NCBI GenBank assembly: GCA_025603075.1
Contig: MU626324.1
Location: 1-64,000 of the forward strand
From: Neoconidiobolus thromboides FSU 785
Taxonomy: Eukaryota > Fungi > Entomophthoromycota
Length of the DNA: 64,000 nt
Reading direction: 5' to 3'
The notes beneath the pieces are model-generated. The model made no database searches. It had not been told where the DNA came from and was given only the letters and a program-made list of their open reading frames with translations. The position numbers and the translations under genes are program-made. Below are positions 1 through 14,184 of the stretch, piece by piece. Positions within the stretch are counted from its first letter, which is position 1. The number at the start of each line of letters is the position of its first letter.

Positions 1-3000
1 GTACTACATTCTTCTATAGCTTTCAATAATTGTTGACGTAACTCTTCATAAGATTCATATTGTGGAATATCTAATTGATTAAAACTAAAAGACTAGATTA
101 ATATCTTGTCCAAAATAAAATAGATAAAATACTTACCAAGTATGTGCTGAAGGTAATCGCTTTGATGAAGCAAAATCACGGTGAATTTGGAATTTTTGTA
201 CGCCATTCGATCCTTGTAAACTGTTAAATCCACCAAGTGGTACTTTAGATGTCCCTGTAGCAAATTGTAATAATTTAGCACGTTCTGATTGATCAAAACT
301 ACGAACTGCTCTCCAAAACCATTGGATTTGGGCTGAAGATTGAGTATAACCTTGATAAGTAGTATTATTCTTCCAATCATCAATATCAATATCAGGAAGA
401 CCCGATATAAGTAGCTCTAATTCTTGCTCATCAAAAATAGCTATCAAATCTTTTGGTATAATTTCATGGAACCCAGTAAGGAAATTATCGATTTGATCTT
501 TAATAGCTGTATAAAGTCTAAATTCAGTTATTAATTTAACATATTCTTTCTTATTCTCTTCAGTAACTGGAATATTTTCACCATCTGGCTTTAATGGAAT
601 GATTTTCTTTTCTCCAAAAATCTCAATATCATCGGAAAACGTCAAAAACATATGCTCAGTTATATCATTTTCTAGTGTCCATACCATTGAGTCATAAAAC
701 TGCTTATCGTTGGCTTCTAAATCCTTAAACTCTACTGGCTTTCCTAAAATATGTTTATAGAAGGAACGTGTAAAATAAGCATCTAAAGTAACTTCACTGA
801 ATATTGCTTTTCCTATCATTCTGCCTACAAATTTGAAGAAATGTAGATGCTCTGGATTAACATGGGATGCCTTATTTGGTTGATGCGTAACTTTATCAAC
901 TGAAGAGCTAATAAACAAGGCGTAGTTTGGATCAAACATTTGATGAGAAAGTACTGTAAACCACTCTCTAGTAACACCTCCAGCATCAACACCCTCTTCA
1001 TCATGAAATTTAACATTAATCTTACTGTATTTAATTTCATTCCCATTTCTCCCTTGGAATTGACGAAATGAGTCTTCAAACACATATTGGCGTCGCACGT
1101 TCAATTGTAAAGTATTGTGGGCCTCACGAGTTGGTGTACGCTTATGTAGTTGTAGATTGAAATAAGTACGTTTATTATCAAAATCAAGTACTTTATGATT
1201 TCTGATTAAAAGTGAAAATGTACCACTCATTAAAGAAGGGTTATTGCGAATAATGGAATTGAGGAGCTTACGATGTTTTTCAGTAAATTGATAGAATATA
1301 TTTTCATTAGAGGCGTCAGAAAGATCACTTGTTTGTTTAAGGTGTAAATCAATGTCCCCACTATGCTTACATATAACCATAAATGCTTCAATCAGAGGAA
1401 GCAATGCTGTGGCCAAATGGAACAATTCAGCACCCTCTTGGATTTTATCAAGAGTTTGACTTAGCAAATTCCATATGTCAAGCGTACCAAGGTTGAAATT
1501 TGATTTTGAGAAAATAGAGTTTTTGTCCGTTTCCCCAGAACGTTTGTTCAATGAATGTTTACGTGATTGCATGTAATCAAGAGTTTTGAGCATACGAAGT
1601 AACTTAGATTGATGAGAAGAAGCAGGCGAGAACCTAGAAACAATTAAACTCTGCAAGCTTTCACTTGATTCTTCTGTTTCTATTGAATTTTCTAAAAGTT
1701 GGAGATCTTTTAAGATGAAATCGCAAAATGCATGTGACTGTTTTATAAGCTCATCAACGAATACTTTTTCGGCACCAGCTAATACAGAAAGAGATTGTAT
1801 TGCTGATAGGGTATGTTGGAATGATTTATTGGAGCATTCATTAGAAGTAAGAACAATGATAATCGATTTTAAGCAATGATCGTGTATATGTGGTGGTCGG
1901 AAAGTAGGTTTGCTAGTTTTATTTTCGGTAGATCCAGATGGCTCTTTAGTGATTGTATTACTGGTAGATAATTCTTTATTGTCAGTCTTTGTGACTAAGT
2001 TACTGGTAGTTGGATCTTTTTTATCGTTACTAGTTTCATCTTTTACTTTACTTTGATTGTATTTAACCATTGAAGCCAACTGTCTAGATGCAATAGAAAC
2101 AACATTGGTAAGTTGATCTAATAATTTGTTATTGTCTAAATATCTTGGACGATCAAGTAAACTTATTAATAAAACAATTGGGTGTTTACTGTTTTGATTT
2201 TTATGCTTTGATTTTTTTTGAGGGCGTCTAGATACAAGCTGATCGTATTCATTCATAAATAACCTTAATCCATGATTCCAACGCGTAAAAACACTATTAA
2301 GTAAATCTAAACATCTATGTGGAACTAAATTTGGTACATCACTTTCTAAAGCCTGGATAATAGATTTAGATAGATTAAGTTGTTTTGGTTTTAATGATAA
2401 GCTAACAAGTGTTTTATCAATAGATTCAAGATTTTCAGCTCCGTCTTGAAGGATAGATATTATCAAAAGTATCAATTCTCCGCATGACTCTGGGTTTTCG
2501 CTAAGATTATGGAGCACCTTAAAGATGAGAGTTTTGTTACTATTGAAAGGTAAGAACAAAAGTCTAAATATAGTGGCAAGCTCTTGGTGATCGACAATCT
2601 TAATAGCTTCTTTAGGATTTTCGTCTTGGCTATAAGCATCACCGAATCTTCTTCTGCTGTTTAGGCCTAAAAAGGGATTTCTTGCTCTTCTATGCAATGC
2701 TTCACTTCCAAAACGTTCTCTAGATCGAAGCATGTCAGCAAAATCTCGACTATACTGGGAACCTTGTGGTTCTCGATTAGTGACTCTCGAGCTATTTAAA
2801 GCTTCAAATCTTGGGAAATTATTTGTAATAATACCTAAAGCTGATCTATCTTGATTTTCATTTGTTACTTGTTCAGTAGTCTGCTCATTTTGATCTCTTT
2901 CGATTTGCAGAACTTCACTGCGAACTTCTTGTGGTAACTCTTCAAGGAATTCAGAATCTAATCCTATACTTGTCGACACAGGAACAGAGCTAGGATTTGA

Positions 3001-6000
3001 TTCAAAATGTTGACTGATGACTTCTTGTCTAAGATCATCGGGAAGAGCTTCCAAGAACGTTGGGTCTATACCAGTATTAGTTATATCCACGACATTCCCA
3101 TGAATAGTAATAGTTACAGGTTGAGAAATTGATGGTTCCTCTGATCTATTAGTTATAAGATCAGAATTGCTGCTTCCAGGGTTTGCTGCCTCTTCTCTAA
3201 CAGCTAACCCGCTTTGAGGTCGATTTGAAATAAGCCCAGAAGCTTCATCAGTCGATCCTGAAGGTCTAAGTGTAAAAGTTCCCAAGTCAATACCGCCTGC
3301 TTGTAAGAAACCAGGCTCACCAGGAGGCCCATCGCCACTTGTTTCGAAAAGCTCTCGTATAGCAGAGGTAGCTCTTGATTCCGAAGATCTGTCAGTTCTT
3401 AAAGAGGCATCTGCTGACTCTGAGGGCCTATTAGCTTCCAAAGAATCACTAGCTGGTTGCGGAGGCCTGTTTTCATTAGATCCAAAAGAAAGATCTGATA
3501 GCTGGGGAGTTCTATTCCTTGGGAAAAAAGGTGGGAATGACGGGTTGGATGATTGTCCAAAGAGCCTGTTTTGTCCTACGCCAAGCAGGCTTCTACTTTG
3601 ACTTGAGCCACCGATCGGGAATACGTTGGCTCCGTACTGGAAAGGACCAGGATTTGATTCATTGGAAAACATAGTATCGGAAGGATGTGTACTGGGATTG
3701 CGGATTGAGCTGCTAGCATTCGCTCCAGTACCTTTGTTAGCTGTTTCAGCTAGATTTGATGATTCTGAATCACTTGGTTTTATATCTTTGAGTTTTGGAA
3801 TCATGACGTTTAAAATAGATGGAATAATTCTTTTACATTGTTCTTGGACATTTGAATAGCAAAGATCATTCATCTCTGAGCGCCATCTTAAGACTGTAGA
3901 GTTAATAGTAAGTTCTTTGAAACTAGGTTTTTGAGGGATTTGTGGTGGACCTGTTTCTGGGAATGAGTAGGGGGACGCACTACCATGAATATTTTGTCTA
4001 AGAGAACCTCTAACTCCGTCAAAGAGACCATCCATAAATGGATCACCTCGCCCACCCTGTTCAGCTGCTCGACCAAAAATTCTTGAAATAAACTCAGCGC
4101 GTCCAGAAGGTAAGCCTTGAGATGCATTGATACCAGGCCCATGAACACTACTTCCATCCTGATTATATTGGTGAGGCACAACCCTTTCATTTGAAATTAG
4201 GGGATGTAACGTTCTTTCAGCTCGATCATTTCTTCTAAATCCAAATATGGATTCTTGAGCACCATTAGGTCCTAAAGTAAGGGAGCCAATTTCATTATTT
4301 GCTGATATATCGAATTGGAGTAATGAACTTCTTGGAGGTTGATCATGGCTACCGGTTCCTCGTGGATTCATGAAGAACCTAGCTAATCTAGCAATCTCTG
4401 CAAATTGTTGAATGTTTACCGAAGTGGATTCTGGATCTAATTCAAAAGTTCCAGAGATAACGTGCGGAAGGTCATTATCAAAACCAAAGTCAGTTTCTGG
4501 GAGCATGTTGTCATCATCCTCTAAATCTATATCAACTGCATTCATATTAGACTCACGTAATGGGAACTCTGGGTTGTCTTCAGCCATAGGGTCAGAAATT
4601 GTAGTTGGGGTACCACCTTCTTCATCTTCATCCTCATCTTCATCTTCTGGGTCGTATATTTCCGCATGCCATTGGCCTTCATCATCTTCTGAATTTACAA
4701 TTGACCCTTCAATGTCACCTTCATCCAATTCTTCACCTTCCACGTCTTCCATATCTAGAAGCGAATCAAATTCTGAATCTTCTAAATCACTGGCTCCTGA
4801 CATGTCGTCATCGGTTTCGTCACTTGCGTCAGTTGAATATCCGATTTCATCTTGCATATCCTCGTCATCCATATCTATATCATCGATTTCATCTTCAACA
4901 ATATTAGCAGAGCCTGACATTACACCTAATGCCGAATTTCTAAGCATGTCTTCAGCTTCATCTTCTCCACTAGAAGAATATGAAATTTCATCATCATCAT
5001 CAATTTCTTCATTATTTTCCAAATCTTGGACATTTATTTTTTTTTCTCCAAGCTTTGTTGCTATTTTAGAGATAGCATCTAAACAAACAAAAATACTTGA
5101 TACTAATTTATTAAGATCAGGGTAATTCAAGTCCAAGTCATCAATGATATTGATAAATATTTGGACAAAGTTTTTATCCAGCATAATTTTGCCAATAGAA
5201 ATTGAGACTTTTTCGTCAACTCGAGGAGTAGGAACTGCAAAAAATGTTTTTTTATCAGTTAATATTTTTGAACATAAATTACATAACACCATTAATTTTT
5301 CATATTTAATATCAACATCCGGAATCAAAAGAGCCTCATTAAATGCTTTGGCAATTAATTCTAATATAAACTTACGAATAGGAATAAGTTCATTTGATTT
5401 TGAATCAATCAATTCATCATTTGTTCCACTTAAAAAGGAACATAATAACATTATTGTCCAATTTGATTCTGCATTCATTCGTTCATCATCATATACTAAA
5501 GTACCTTCTTCATTTGCTTCTTTTACATTCATCAATAGAAGGTCGTTTAATAAAAAGGTAATAAATTGTGTTCTTGAAGTATAGAATTTGAAATCTGGAA
5601 TCATATTATCAATTAATTTATGCTTACGAGAAGTTAGATATTCGACACGACAAGAAGAGAAACAATAGAATATTTCAGTCAAAAGGTGTAAGATAGTACA
5701 TCTAATCATCCTATGTTCTTCACTATCGGTGGTGATAGGACCATTCGGATTTTTCCCTGTATTGCTATATTCCATAAGGTGGAATGCTAAAAAGTGAATC
5801 ATCAAAATAGGTAAAGTATCTAATGGGGGAATAGATACTACTTGGGTCGCATTTTCAGATGTATTTTGATCCTTTTCTTGGTCGTTAAGTAACACCAATT
5901 GGGGTGAGATATTTGGGTTAAATTCGTTGATAGTACATACATTATTAACTGCTTCAACAAATATTTTAGGATTTCTATAAATCATTTGAACATTTCCATT

Positions 6001-9000
6001 TACCATGTTATTGATATCTACAGTAAACCGATTTTTTGGGTGGATAAACATACCCTTGATAATAGATTCCATAGTATATAATAACAATGATCTAGATTCA
6101 GTCAAATGCCTAAAAATTGAAACAAAATATTTTTGAACTCCTCCAAGGGTATCAGTGTCTTTATGCAATGCTTCCATTAAAACCTTGAAACCATCTGCAT
6201 CAAAAAATATGCTTGTTAGCTCCTCATATTTTGTCAAACGGCTTAAAAGGCGAAATATTGCAAGCTTTAAATCTTGATCCTTATGATCAACACATTTTAA
6301 GAGTACTTTAACTAGTTTGGCCTTTTCATCGGTAGATAAGAAATCTTTATCAATTAATGGCACATCTTTGAGTGTTGAATTATCCCACCACCCTAATTTA
6401 ACTTTAACTTCCTCAAGTTCAGGTACTTCAGAATACATTAATAAAATGTCAAGAAGTACAAAAGTAATAGCAACACAACCAACTTGATCATCTGGCCAAA
6501 AATTGAAATCTAATGACGTTGCGATAGCATAAATATCTTTAGTCAAATCCTTTGCGACTCCTAAAACTATATTTACAGTTGACTCATCATAAAGTAAAAA
6601 TCCTAAAAGTCTGAACCTGATAGAAAGAAGCTTATACCTTCTTATATTTTTTTGGTCTAGAAGATCAGTTATTTGTTCTTTTATATACTTTGTTAAGACG
6701 TCATTATGGATAGAAGGGGCGCTAAAAGCATTTATGAAAAAGTCACGAACAGGATAAATGCAATCATGATTGTTATCTATGAGATTCATACAAGGGCTTA
6801 AGGCTGTTAAAATTAAATCATTGCTTATTTTTTCAAGTTCGCTTGGGGTTGGGATATTAGCAACTTCCTCTTTTAAATAGAAAGAGCCAAAATGAAGCGG
6901 AGGTAAATGGTCTAGAGTATCAACTTGATCTTGGTTTGAGTTGCTAGCTTCTATCTCAGCAGACTCTGAAGCATGATCGGAGCCTTCAGTGTTAGTAGTT
7001 TCCAAGCCTGATTGCCTTTGATCTTCAGGTGGGGCCTCAAATTCTGCCTCCGCTACTATTGCTGGATTATCAATTAGGTAATCTGCTGCGCGAGTTACGT
7101 TGTTTCCTCTCCTAGTTAATGCAATCCTTGCAGCTGCTCTAGAGAACCCCATATCGGTTAACTGTGTAATTCTTTCTTCGGTGGCTTCTTCTCTACGAGT
7201 CGAAAACATGGTATCAAACTCCGAATCCCCTATTCTGTTGAAAGCCAGGTTTCTACTCATCTTTAGAGCTAACGATCTTATAATATGATTGGAAGCACCA
7301 ACGAGTAAACGAATATGATTTTTCGAAAGTTTATTAAGTTGATCACTCTGCCATATTACTTTTAATATCTTATATGATGGAGGACGCACTTTGGTTAATA
7401 TGTCATTTGGTAAAGCAACATCTTGATCATGCTTGGCTAAATCTGGTATAAAAGGGTTCAAATGTGGTGAAGAATTATAATTGTCAAAAACATTGATTTG
7501 TTCTAAAAAAATTAGAATTGAGTTTAAAACCTTTTCGACGTGTTTGACTGACCCTTCCCCTACTGCATGATCATCCAAAGGCCTCGTTAACAAATAATTA
7601 TTCGTAAATTCCCATAGTTCTTCAATATACTTGAACACTTGGTCTGTAACACGGAATGCATCTAAACTCATTAAAACAAAGATATTTATGTGATCATAAT
7701 GTTTTCTATCTACCAAAAGCGCTACAATAAAATCAATAGCTGTGCCATAATATTTGAACGAATATGGGTCAAGATTAACAGATACTTTATCCCAGAGTAA
7801 TATGTCGTTAACCCCATCTACTACTAACTTGGCCATAAATTTTGATCTTCTTTTTTGAGTATGATCCATTTTCTTACTAATTGTAGTAAGTCGCGCTAAA
7901 TTTTGATAGAATGTTGTAATATGACTATTTAACTCGTGTAAAGCAGCATGTACATTTTTACAATCGTCATCTGCATATTCATAATCAGGTAAACTTAGTT
8001 GGTTTTCTGGCTTGGGTTTTCCTATCAAGCCATGTTCAAACATGTAAGAACAGTCCCATTGGAACACGCGAAACATCCTTGCTAGCGGTGATATGAATTC
8101 TTCACTCTTTTTTGATGAGAATACTTCTACTAAGCATAATTTCATTTTATCATCTGAAAACAAATCTGAATCAAAAAACGCATCAATCAAATCTAGTAAT
8201 CCACGAATAGGCTTTACAATACTGTAGAAATACTCCAATTTGTCTTTCCTTTCTGGAGAAGTGTCTTTTAAGAGTTTATAAACATAACTTTCATACTCTG
8301 TGCTGTTGAGCCAGATGTCAGCTTTACTAATATATTCATTTAACTTCGTAAAAATTGTATTGATAAAAATTGGCAAAATGGATTCAGTACAAGATTGAAA
8401 TACTTGGCTTATTGTAATTGAACAATTTGTATTAGTAAAATTATGGTGTATTGGCTCAAGTGAATAAAAATCGAAGATAGGTTCTAGGCCACCACGTTCA
8501 ACAAAAATGTCAAATGTATTAGCTGCCTGACCTTGGCCTTGGAAAAATCCATCCAAAAACTAAAAATTTAATTTAAGTTTAGTAAAAATTATATAATATT
8601 ACTCTGCAAATAGATTCAATCATTCTAACAAAAAATTGGTCAATCGTTTCTTCCTTATGAAGGGCCCCAAAATCCGGTGAATCAGACGCCTCCTCAATAA
8701 CTTTAATAAGATGTCCTCTCATCACCTCTTCATCGTTTTTATGTAAAAATGGAGTAGCTTCTTCTACAAAAATGCTGTAATTTTCTTTTCCATAGATATT
8801 AATTGATTTCAATACAGATATGATATTATCAATCACTAACTCTTTAAGTGATGGTTGATGGCGTATAAGTTCATCGAATGAACTTCCAAGTGAAGGAACA
8901 ACATCTGCTTCATCTAAACAACAAATATATTCTGGTGAAGAAAAAAGTGAGAAAAAATTATTAATTATTCCACTTTCTTTAACCATTTTTAGTCCTATTT

Positions 9001-10941
9001 CATTAAGGCAAATAGCACCTAATGCATTGCTAATTGTATATAAAGAATCCCCAGAAAGCGGTAACTTTTGATTTGCATGTTTCAAAAGGGTTTGAGGCAA
9101 ATCTTGCTCTTGTAGGATTGATAGAGAAGTTGGTTCATTATGAATTATAGTAGACATAATATTCACTGCTTGCCCATATACTGTTGGTGAAAAGAACTCT
9201 GGGAGAGTAAATACTTTTTTCAATGATTCAGGAAGAGTAGAATCTATAAGATTTCTTAAGCCAACCCCAGTTGAATAACTTTGCATCATGTGTAATACAA
9301 ACTTCGACATCCCTTTTAAAAGAATCAAATTTTCTACAATTTCTACTTGGCTTCTTAATTCATGTTGATTTTGTTTATGAGTTTCTTTTAAGAAAATACA
9401 TGAATCAATTTGGTTTTTAATTCGCTCAACTAATAAAGGCAAACCGTCTGATTCTTGGAATGAAGCAAATGCTGCTGGGAATCCATAAATGGAGTTATCT
9501 AAAAGCTGAATGCCTTTATAAAGCAATCTTATAGGAGATTCTGCCATCTCTGGACGTAAAAAATTAGCTAGTAAAGGTACAATACCAGCAGTTATAAGCA
9601 TAGATCCCCCTGATTGAGACGTAAAGATGAAAACAAGAAATGAAAACAAAGAATCGGTAAAGCGCATAAAATTAGGATCTAAATGGTATTAAAAACTTAT
9701 ATGTTGATTCATTATATATTTACCTTCTTTGTGTTCTAACGCCATTACCCTTTTAAGAAAAGAGACTAAACTTCCGTGGTTAACATTGGCTCCCACACTA
9801 GCTAAAACATCCGATAACTTTCCAGGAAAATGAGCAATTGAATCTAATGCATTTAATGCTGATGATTGTACACCTAAATGAGTGGCATCTTTTGATTCTA
9901 AAATCGATACCATATCTGCAACAAATGTTTGTTCATGAATAAATATAAGTTTAAACGCGAGATCTTCATCAGCAACATAACAATATATAGAAATAGCAAG
10001 TAATTTGATACTTAAAAGTTTTAATCTTTTTTCATAATCTTTTAAGCTTGTTGTTACTCTTATTTTATGAAATAATTCATGATGATATTTTTCTGGTATA
10101 TTGTATTCTTTTATCAAAGTTTCAAATATTTCCAAGGTATTACTTCCTTTTGAGTAAGGATCTTTAACTTTAATCATCGTCTGGGTATAATTTTTGCCAT
10201 GACTTGAAGATTTAATATCTTTTTTTGTGGTGCTTGATTCTAATTCCTTCGTATCATCTGGACGGAATGTAAATATAATATTCTCTAATGCAGATGTTGC
10301 TTCAAAATCATCTGAAATAAATCCTTTCACTCCAATATGATGAGCAGCTGTAGTCCAACGCTGTAACAACGATGCAACACGCTCTTGTGCTATCAAAAAG
10401 TTAACTCTAACACTCCTTTGGCTATTAACCCTTTGAGCGGGTCTCATAATTACCATAAGGACTAGTTCTAAAACATCCAAATCATTGGTATTCAAAAATT
10501 CGTTTAAACGCTAAAACAATTAATACTCAAACAAAACAGCCATAAATAAATTACTTCATATGAACAATATAAATTTCTATTAGTACACTTGTCAAATAAA
10601 ATCTTTGTTAATGATAATATTCCTATTATTTGTTCACGGTCTTCTTCAGCGAAATTTACTCTTTGGATTTTGGTTAAAGAATATTTTTCTATTAATTTTT
10701 CTAAAATCCCATCAAACTTATTCAAAACGCCTATCCAATTGTTCAAGTCTGACTTGGGAAGGTTTTTATCCATGATATCTTTTAATATTATTGTCAATTC
10801 GGCCCCATTAGCCTCAAAGATCCTTTGAACAAGGCTTCTTAAAAATGGGGGCTATAAAGTTAGTTAGCAAATATCTAATTTATTAAAATATACTAATACC
10901 AATGGGGATATTTTTCGATTTGGCAATCTTTTAATTAACAT
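1..10941 (-). CDS. TOM1: HECT E3 ubiquitin ligase TOM1/HUWE1 (a few C-terminal codons lie beyond position 1)
   Basis: Spliced model: exons 10900-10941, 10555-10851, 9724-10510, 8603-9678, 137-8559, 1-84, all with GT-AG introns that keep frame. Has a UBA motif (QLTDMGFSRAAARIAL), an acidic tract, UBM repeats (GIDPTFLEALPDDLRQEVI) and a HECT domain (GVDAGGVTREWF...RLPSAHT|CFNQLDIPQY) once the 85-136 intron is removed. Confidence 0.96.
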
Positions 10942-11429
10942 TCAAAGTTGATGTTAGTTAATAAAAAACTGCAATTTAATTTTAAGCAATTTTATTTAAA
11001 TCAGTATTTTACTTATGTCATATTTCTCACTAATTAGGATTTAGAGCTTAAGTTTCTCTCCTTTTTATTGGTTAAAATAATAAGAATATAACTTATTTTC
11101 TATGAGATCTAAACTTTGTAAGATAGCAAAATAGTAAATATAAAAGCACATTATTATAAATGCTTTATTGCTAGACATGTATTTATGAAACATTTATATA
11201 CCTGTTCAAATAAAATATTATTAAAAAGATATACATACCTATAATTTTATTTTCTGATATATAGCTCACCTTTAATATTAACTAAATTTGTAAATATAGT
11301 ATTTATGATCTCATTATTTAAAATGTTGCCGTTATTTGTTAGTAAAAGCACTTTAACAAGACAACGTAATAGTATTAGCTTAATATATGATCATACCGTT
11401 ATAGGTATAGTAAATTTAAAATATATACA

Positions 11430-12050
11430 ACACTTTAGTACTGCTTCTTGAAGTTAAGGTATTCTAACTTAAAGCTTTGAACTGGGCCAAGTTGAAATTT
11501 CCTTTTAATGATTTGATTTACAACCACTAGTTTGAATAAATTTGATAAAAATTGATGCAATACAAAAATAACTATTAAATCATAAAAAATCGATTAACAA
11601 AAAATAATTAGAACAGCTTGCAACTGAGATGCCTTTTGTATTTTTTAATTTAGATGCGATTTTTTAAATATGAATTTAGAGGCTGCATTCTTTTCCAGGC
11701 CTTTGATTTAATTTCATATTAAAATGATTTGACTCTAAATCAAAAACAACAAAAGACATCTAATTACAAGCTGTTCTGAGATTTGATTTTTTTAAAAAGA
11801 GGAATAGATAGATTATCAGCGCCCTTGCTTTACAAGGAATTTTTTATTTATAGGATTCTTGATGTTTAAAAAAACGGGTAAATAGATTACTGGTACACAT
11901 TGTTTTTACTTAGTGAGAGCACTTTGAAAATATACAATACTGATAATCCGCTTGCTTATTTTTCCAAACATTAAAAATTCTATAAATAAAAAGTTACTTC
12001 ATTGTGGTGGAGCCTTTCAACTCAAGGTGAACTTCTTTCTGGCTAAATCA
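11430..12050 (-). mobile_element. Possible heavily decayed non-LTR RT relic
   Basis: Ordered weak matches in mixed frames: KEV...KAP, EF..VW, KIP...LIIYLF..KK...CN*, LLIDF..FNS, LQEAVL. Confidence 0.3.
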
Positions 12051-12482
12051 TAATAGATTTCTATATAAATTTAATCAAACTTTCAAACTTGTTTATACTA
12101 AATCTACATACAAGTTTATTAATACGAATTTCAAAGAAAACCATAGCTATATTTTTCATAAGCAATAACATCAGTAAACAGTTCACTAATTTTAAAATAA
12201 ATTAAAAAATCAAGGTTTACTGTGATATTCCTATAAAAGTCAGAAGTGCATCTTTAACCACTATTGCTTAAGAGTTCTAGTAGAGCTTTCAATAACAATA
12301 GCTTGTAGGAATCCGCCTCGATATTTATCAGGCCATTACCACAAATAAACCAGTAATGATGACAAGCTCTTTTTTATCATTATAGAATAGTATACCATTT
12401 TATTATAAAAAGTAAACTAGTAAAAATTTGATCAAAATTAAAACTTAAAAAATAAAAAATATTTAAAAACAGATAATAATGT

Positions 12483-12578
12483 GGGGATGTCTTTTTTGGC
12501 TTCATTTTTTCCATCTTTTGAGCACTATTTGAGTCGAAGAATTGTTAGTAAAATTCTTAAATACAAAAATACATCCCC
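12483..12578 (+). mobile_element. MITE copy 1
   Basis: GGGGATGT...ACATCCCC termini, flanked by ATGT/ATGT. Confidence 0.88.
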
Positions 12579-12973
12579 ATGTATTCTTCAGTTTTATTTA
12601 TTGCCTTTTTTTATAGATTATAAATTATCATAAAAAATGTTAGTAAAATACTGAAACAAAAAAGGGCTTCTGTTTACAATTTAATAAAAACCATAAATTC
12701 GCTCATATACGCGACATTAAAGTAATACAATGATTAATAAGTTGCTATTATTGAACTCCATTTTATAAAGTAGAGTGCATTTATTAAAAATTAGCTGTAA
12801 CCAATAATTCTTCTAAAACTTTATTCGAAGCTAGCAACCCAATTTCCAAATTTCCTATCAAACTAATAATCCCATAAAATAAATTGAGAATAATAAAGCC
12901 CAAGTAGGATCTCGAAAAATAAATTTAAAAAAGAAAATATTTCAAATTTAACTTCTTGATTGTAAACTACAAA

Positions 12974-13465
12974 ATGGTAATAAATAAAAATTAAGATATA
13001 GAATAACTTTAATTAAATAACTGAAATTTAGACTGAAGCCAACCCAAAAGCCTTTCCTCTTGCTGATGCTACCCTTTCCAACTCGATCCTTGATCTTGTT
13101 CAACAAGCTTCCCATTATAAACAATTAAGAAAGGGAGCTAACGAAGTTACCAAAACTCTTAACCGTGGTATTTCTGAATTTATTGTCATGGCTGCCGATT
13201 GTGAGCCTATTGAAATTTTACTTCATCTTCCACTTCTCTGTGAAGATAAGGTACTTTAATTATTTTTATACTAATTTTTAATGATATTAATTTAATCAAA
13301 TTATAGAACGTTCCTTATGTCTTTGTACCCTCTCGTTCAGCTTTAGGACGTGCTGCTGGTGTTTCTAGATCCGTTATTGCTTGTTCAGTAACTACTAATG
13401 AAGCTTCTGACCTTAAACCTCAAATCAATAACCTTAAGCTTCAAATCGAAAAACTTCTCATCTAG
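12974..13465 (+). CDS. SNU13: SNU13/15.5K L7Ae-family snoRNP and U4/U6 protein, 126 aa (absent from ORF track)
   Basis: Exons 12974-12976 (ATG only), 13032-13250 and 13307-13465 give [95 protein letters not shown]... Confidence 0.97.
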
Positions 13466-13833
13466 ATCGTTAACTTTAAATGTAGATTTTCTTAGTGCTG
13501 ATACCATCTTTTATATTTTTCAGGTCACATGATGCACATGAAACTTTTAATGCTTTGTTTATAGAATTGTCATTTTTTGGTTGTCAGTGTATACTAATAA
13601 ATTTTACTATTTATTATCATTGTAATTTTTTTGAATGTTGTATAAATTAGTTTTTTGAAATTTAGAGGTTAACTGTTCTATATCCGGCCTCTATGCTACT
13701 TAAATTACATGCCTGTAATTTAATGGTAATAATAGGTACTTTGATTGATTTTTAAATAATGTTTATTATCATTATGTCAATTAAATTCAAAGTAATCGCA
13801 GCTTTTTAACCAGAGAAATATATAACATGATAT

Positions 13834-13931
13834 GGGAGTGTTTTTTTTGAATTCATTATTTTTTCGATTTTTAAGCGCTATTTAGGCGGAAAAATTATTA
13901 GTAAAATTCTTAAACACAAAAATACATCCCC
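13834..13931 (+). mobile_element. MITE copy 2a
   Basis: GGGAGTGT...ACATCCCC termini, flanked by ATAT/ATAT. Confidence 0.88.
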
Positions 13932-13935
13932 ATAT

Positions 13936-14032
13936 GGTAAAGTTTTTTTGGCCTTATCATTTTTCCCATTTTTTAAGCGCTATTTGAGCAGAAAAATTAT
14001 TAATAAAATTTTAAGCACAAAAACACATTCCT
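13936..14032 (+). mobile_element. MITE copy 2b (head-to-tail with 2a, degenerate termini)
   Basis: Same internal consensus; shares the ATAT at 13932-13935 with copy 2a and has ATAT on its right. Confidence 0.82.
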
Positions 14033-14184
14033 ATATTAAATTTTGGAATCAAATATTTCAACTATTTAACAAGTTAAAGCGAATAAAAATTCAAAATCTT
14101 CTATTAAAAGCTACTTATACACTATATATATAAAATAAAGATTTTGAATTAATTTTGAATTAAGTATAAAAGTGAAATCAATAT

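Noticed and set aside
4412-5584. Long Ser-rich plus-strand ORFs (237 aa, 146 aa and others)
   Set aside because: These are antisense shadows of the acidic and helical regions of TOM1. The same applies to the small ORFs overlapping ATR, ATG13, IDO, COG6 and the RRM gene.
13700-13723. 10-bp perfect hairpin TTAAATTACA/TGTAATTTAA after SNU13
   Set aside because: Several stems of this length are expected by chance at this AT content.
13948-14133. 61-aa ORF
   Set aside because: It is derived from MITE copy 2b with a TTG start and has no independent support.
14088-14150. 13-bp inverted repeat with a 37-bp spacer between MITE copies 2b and 3
   Set aside because: It is AT-rich, single-copy and near chance expectation.
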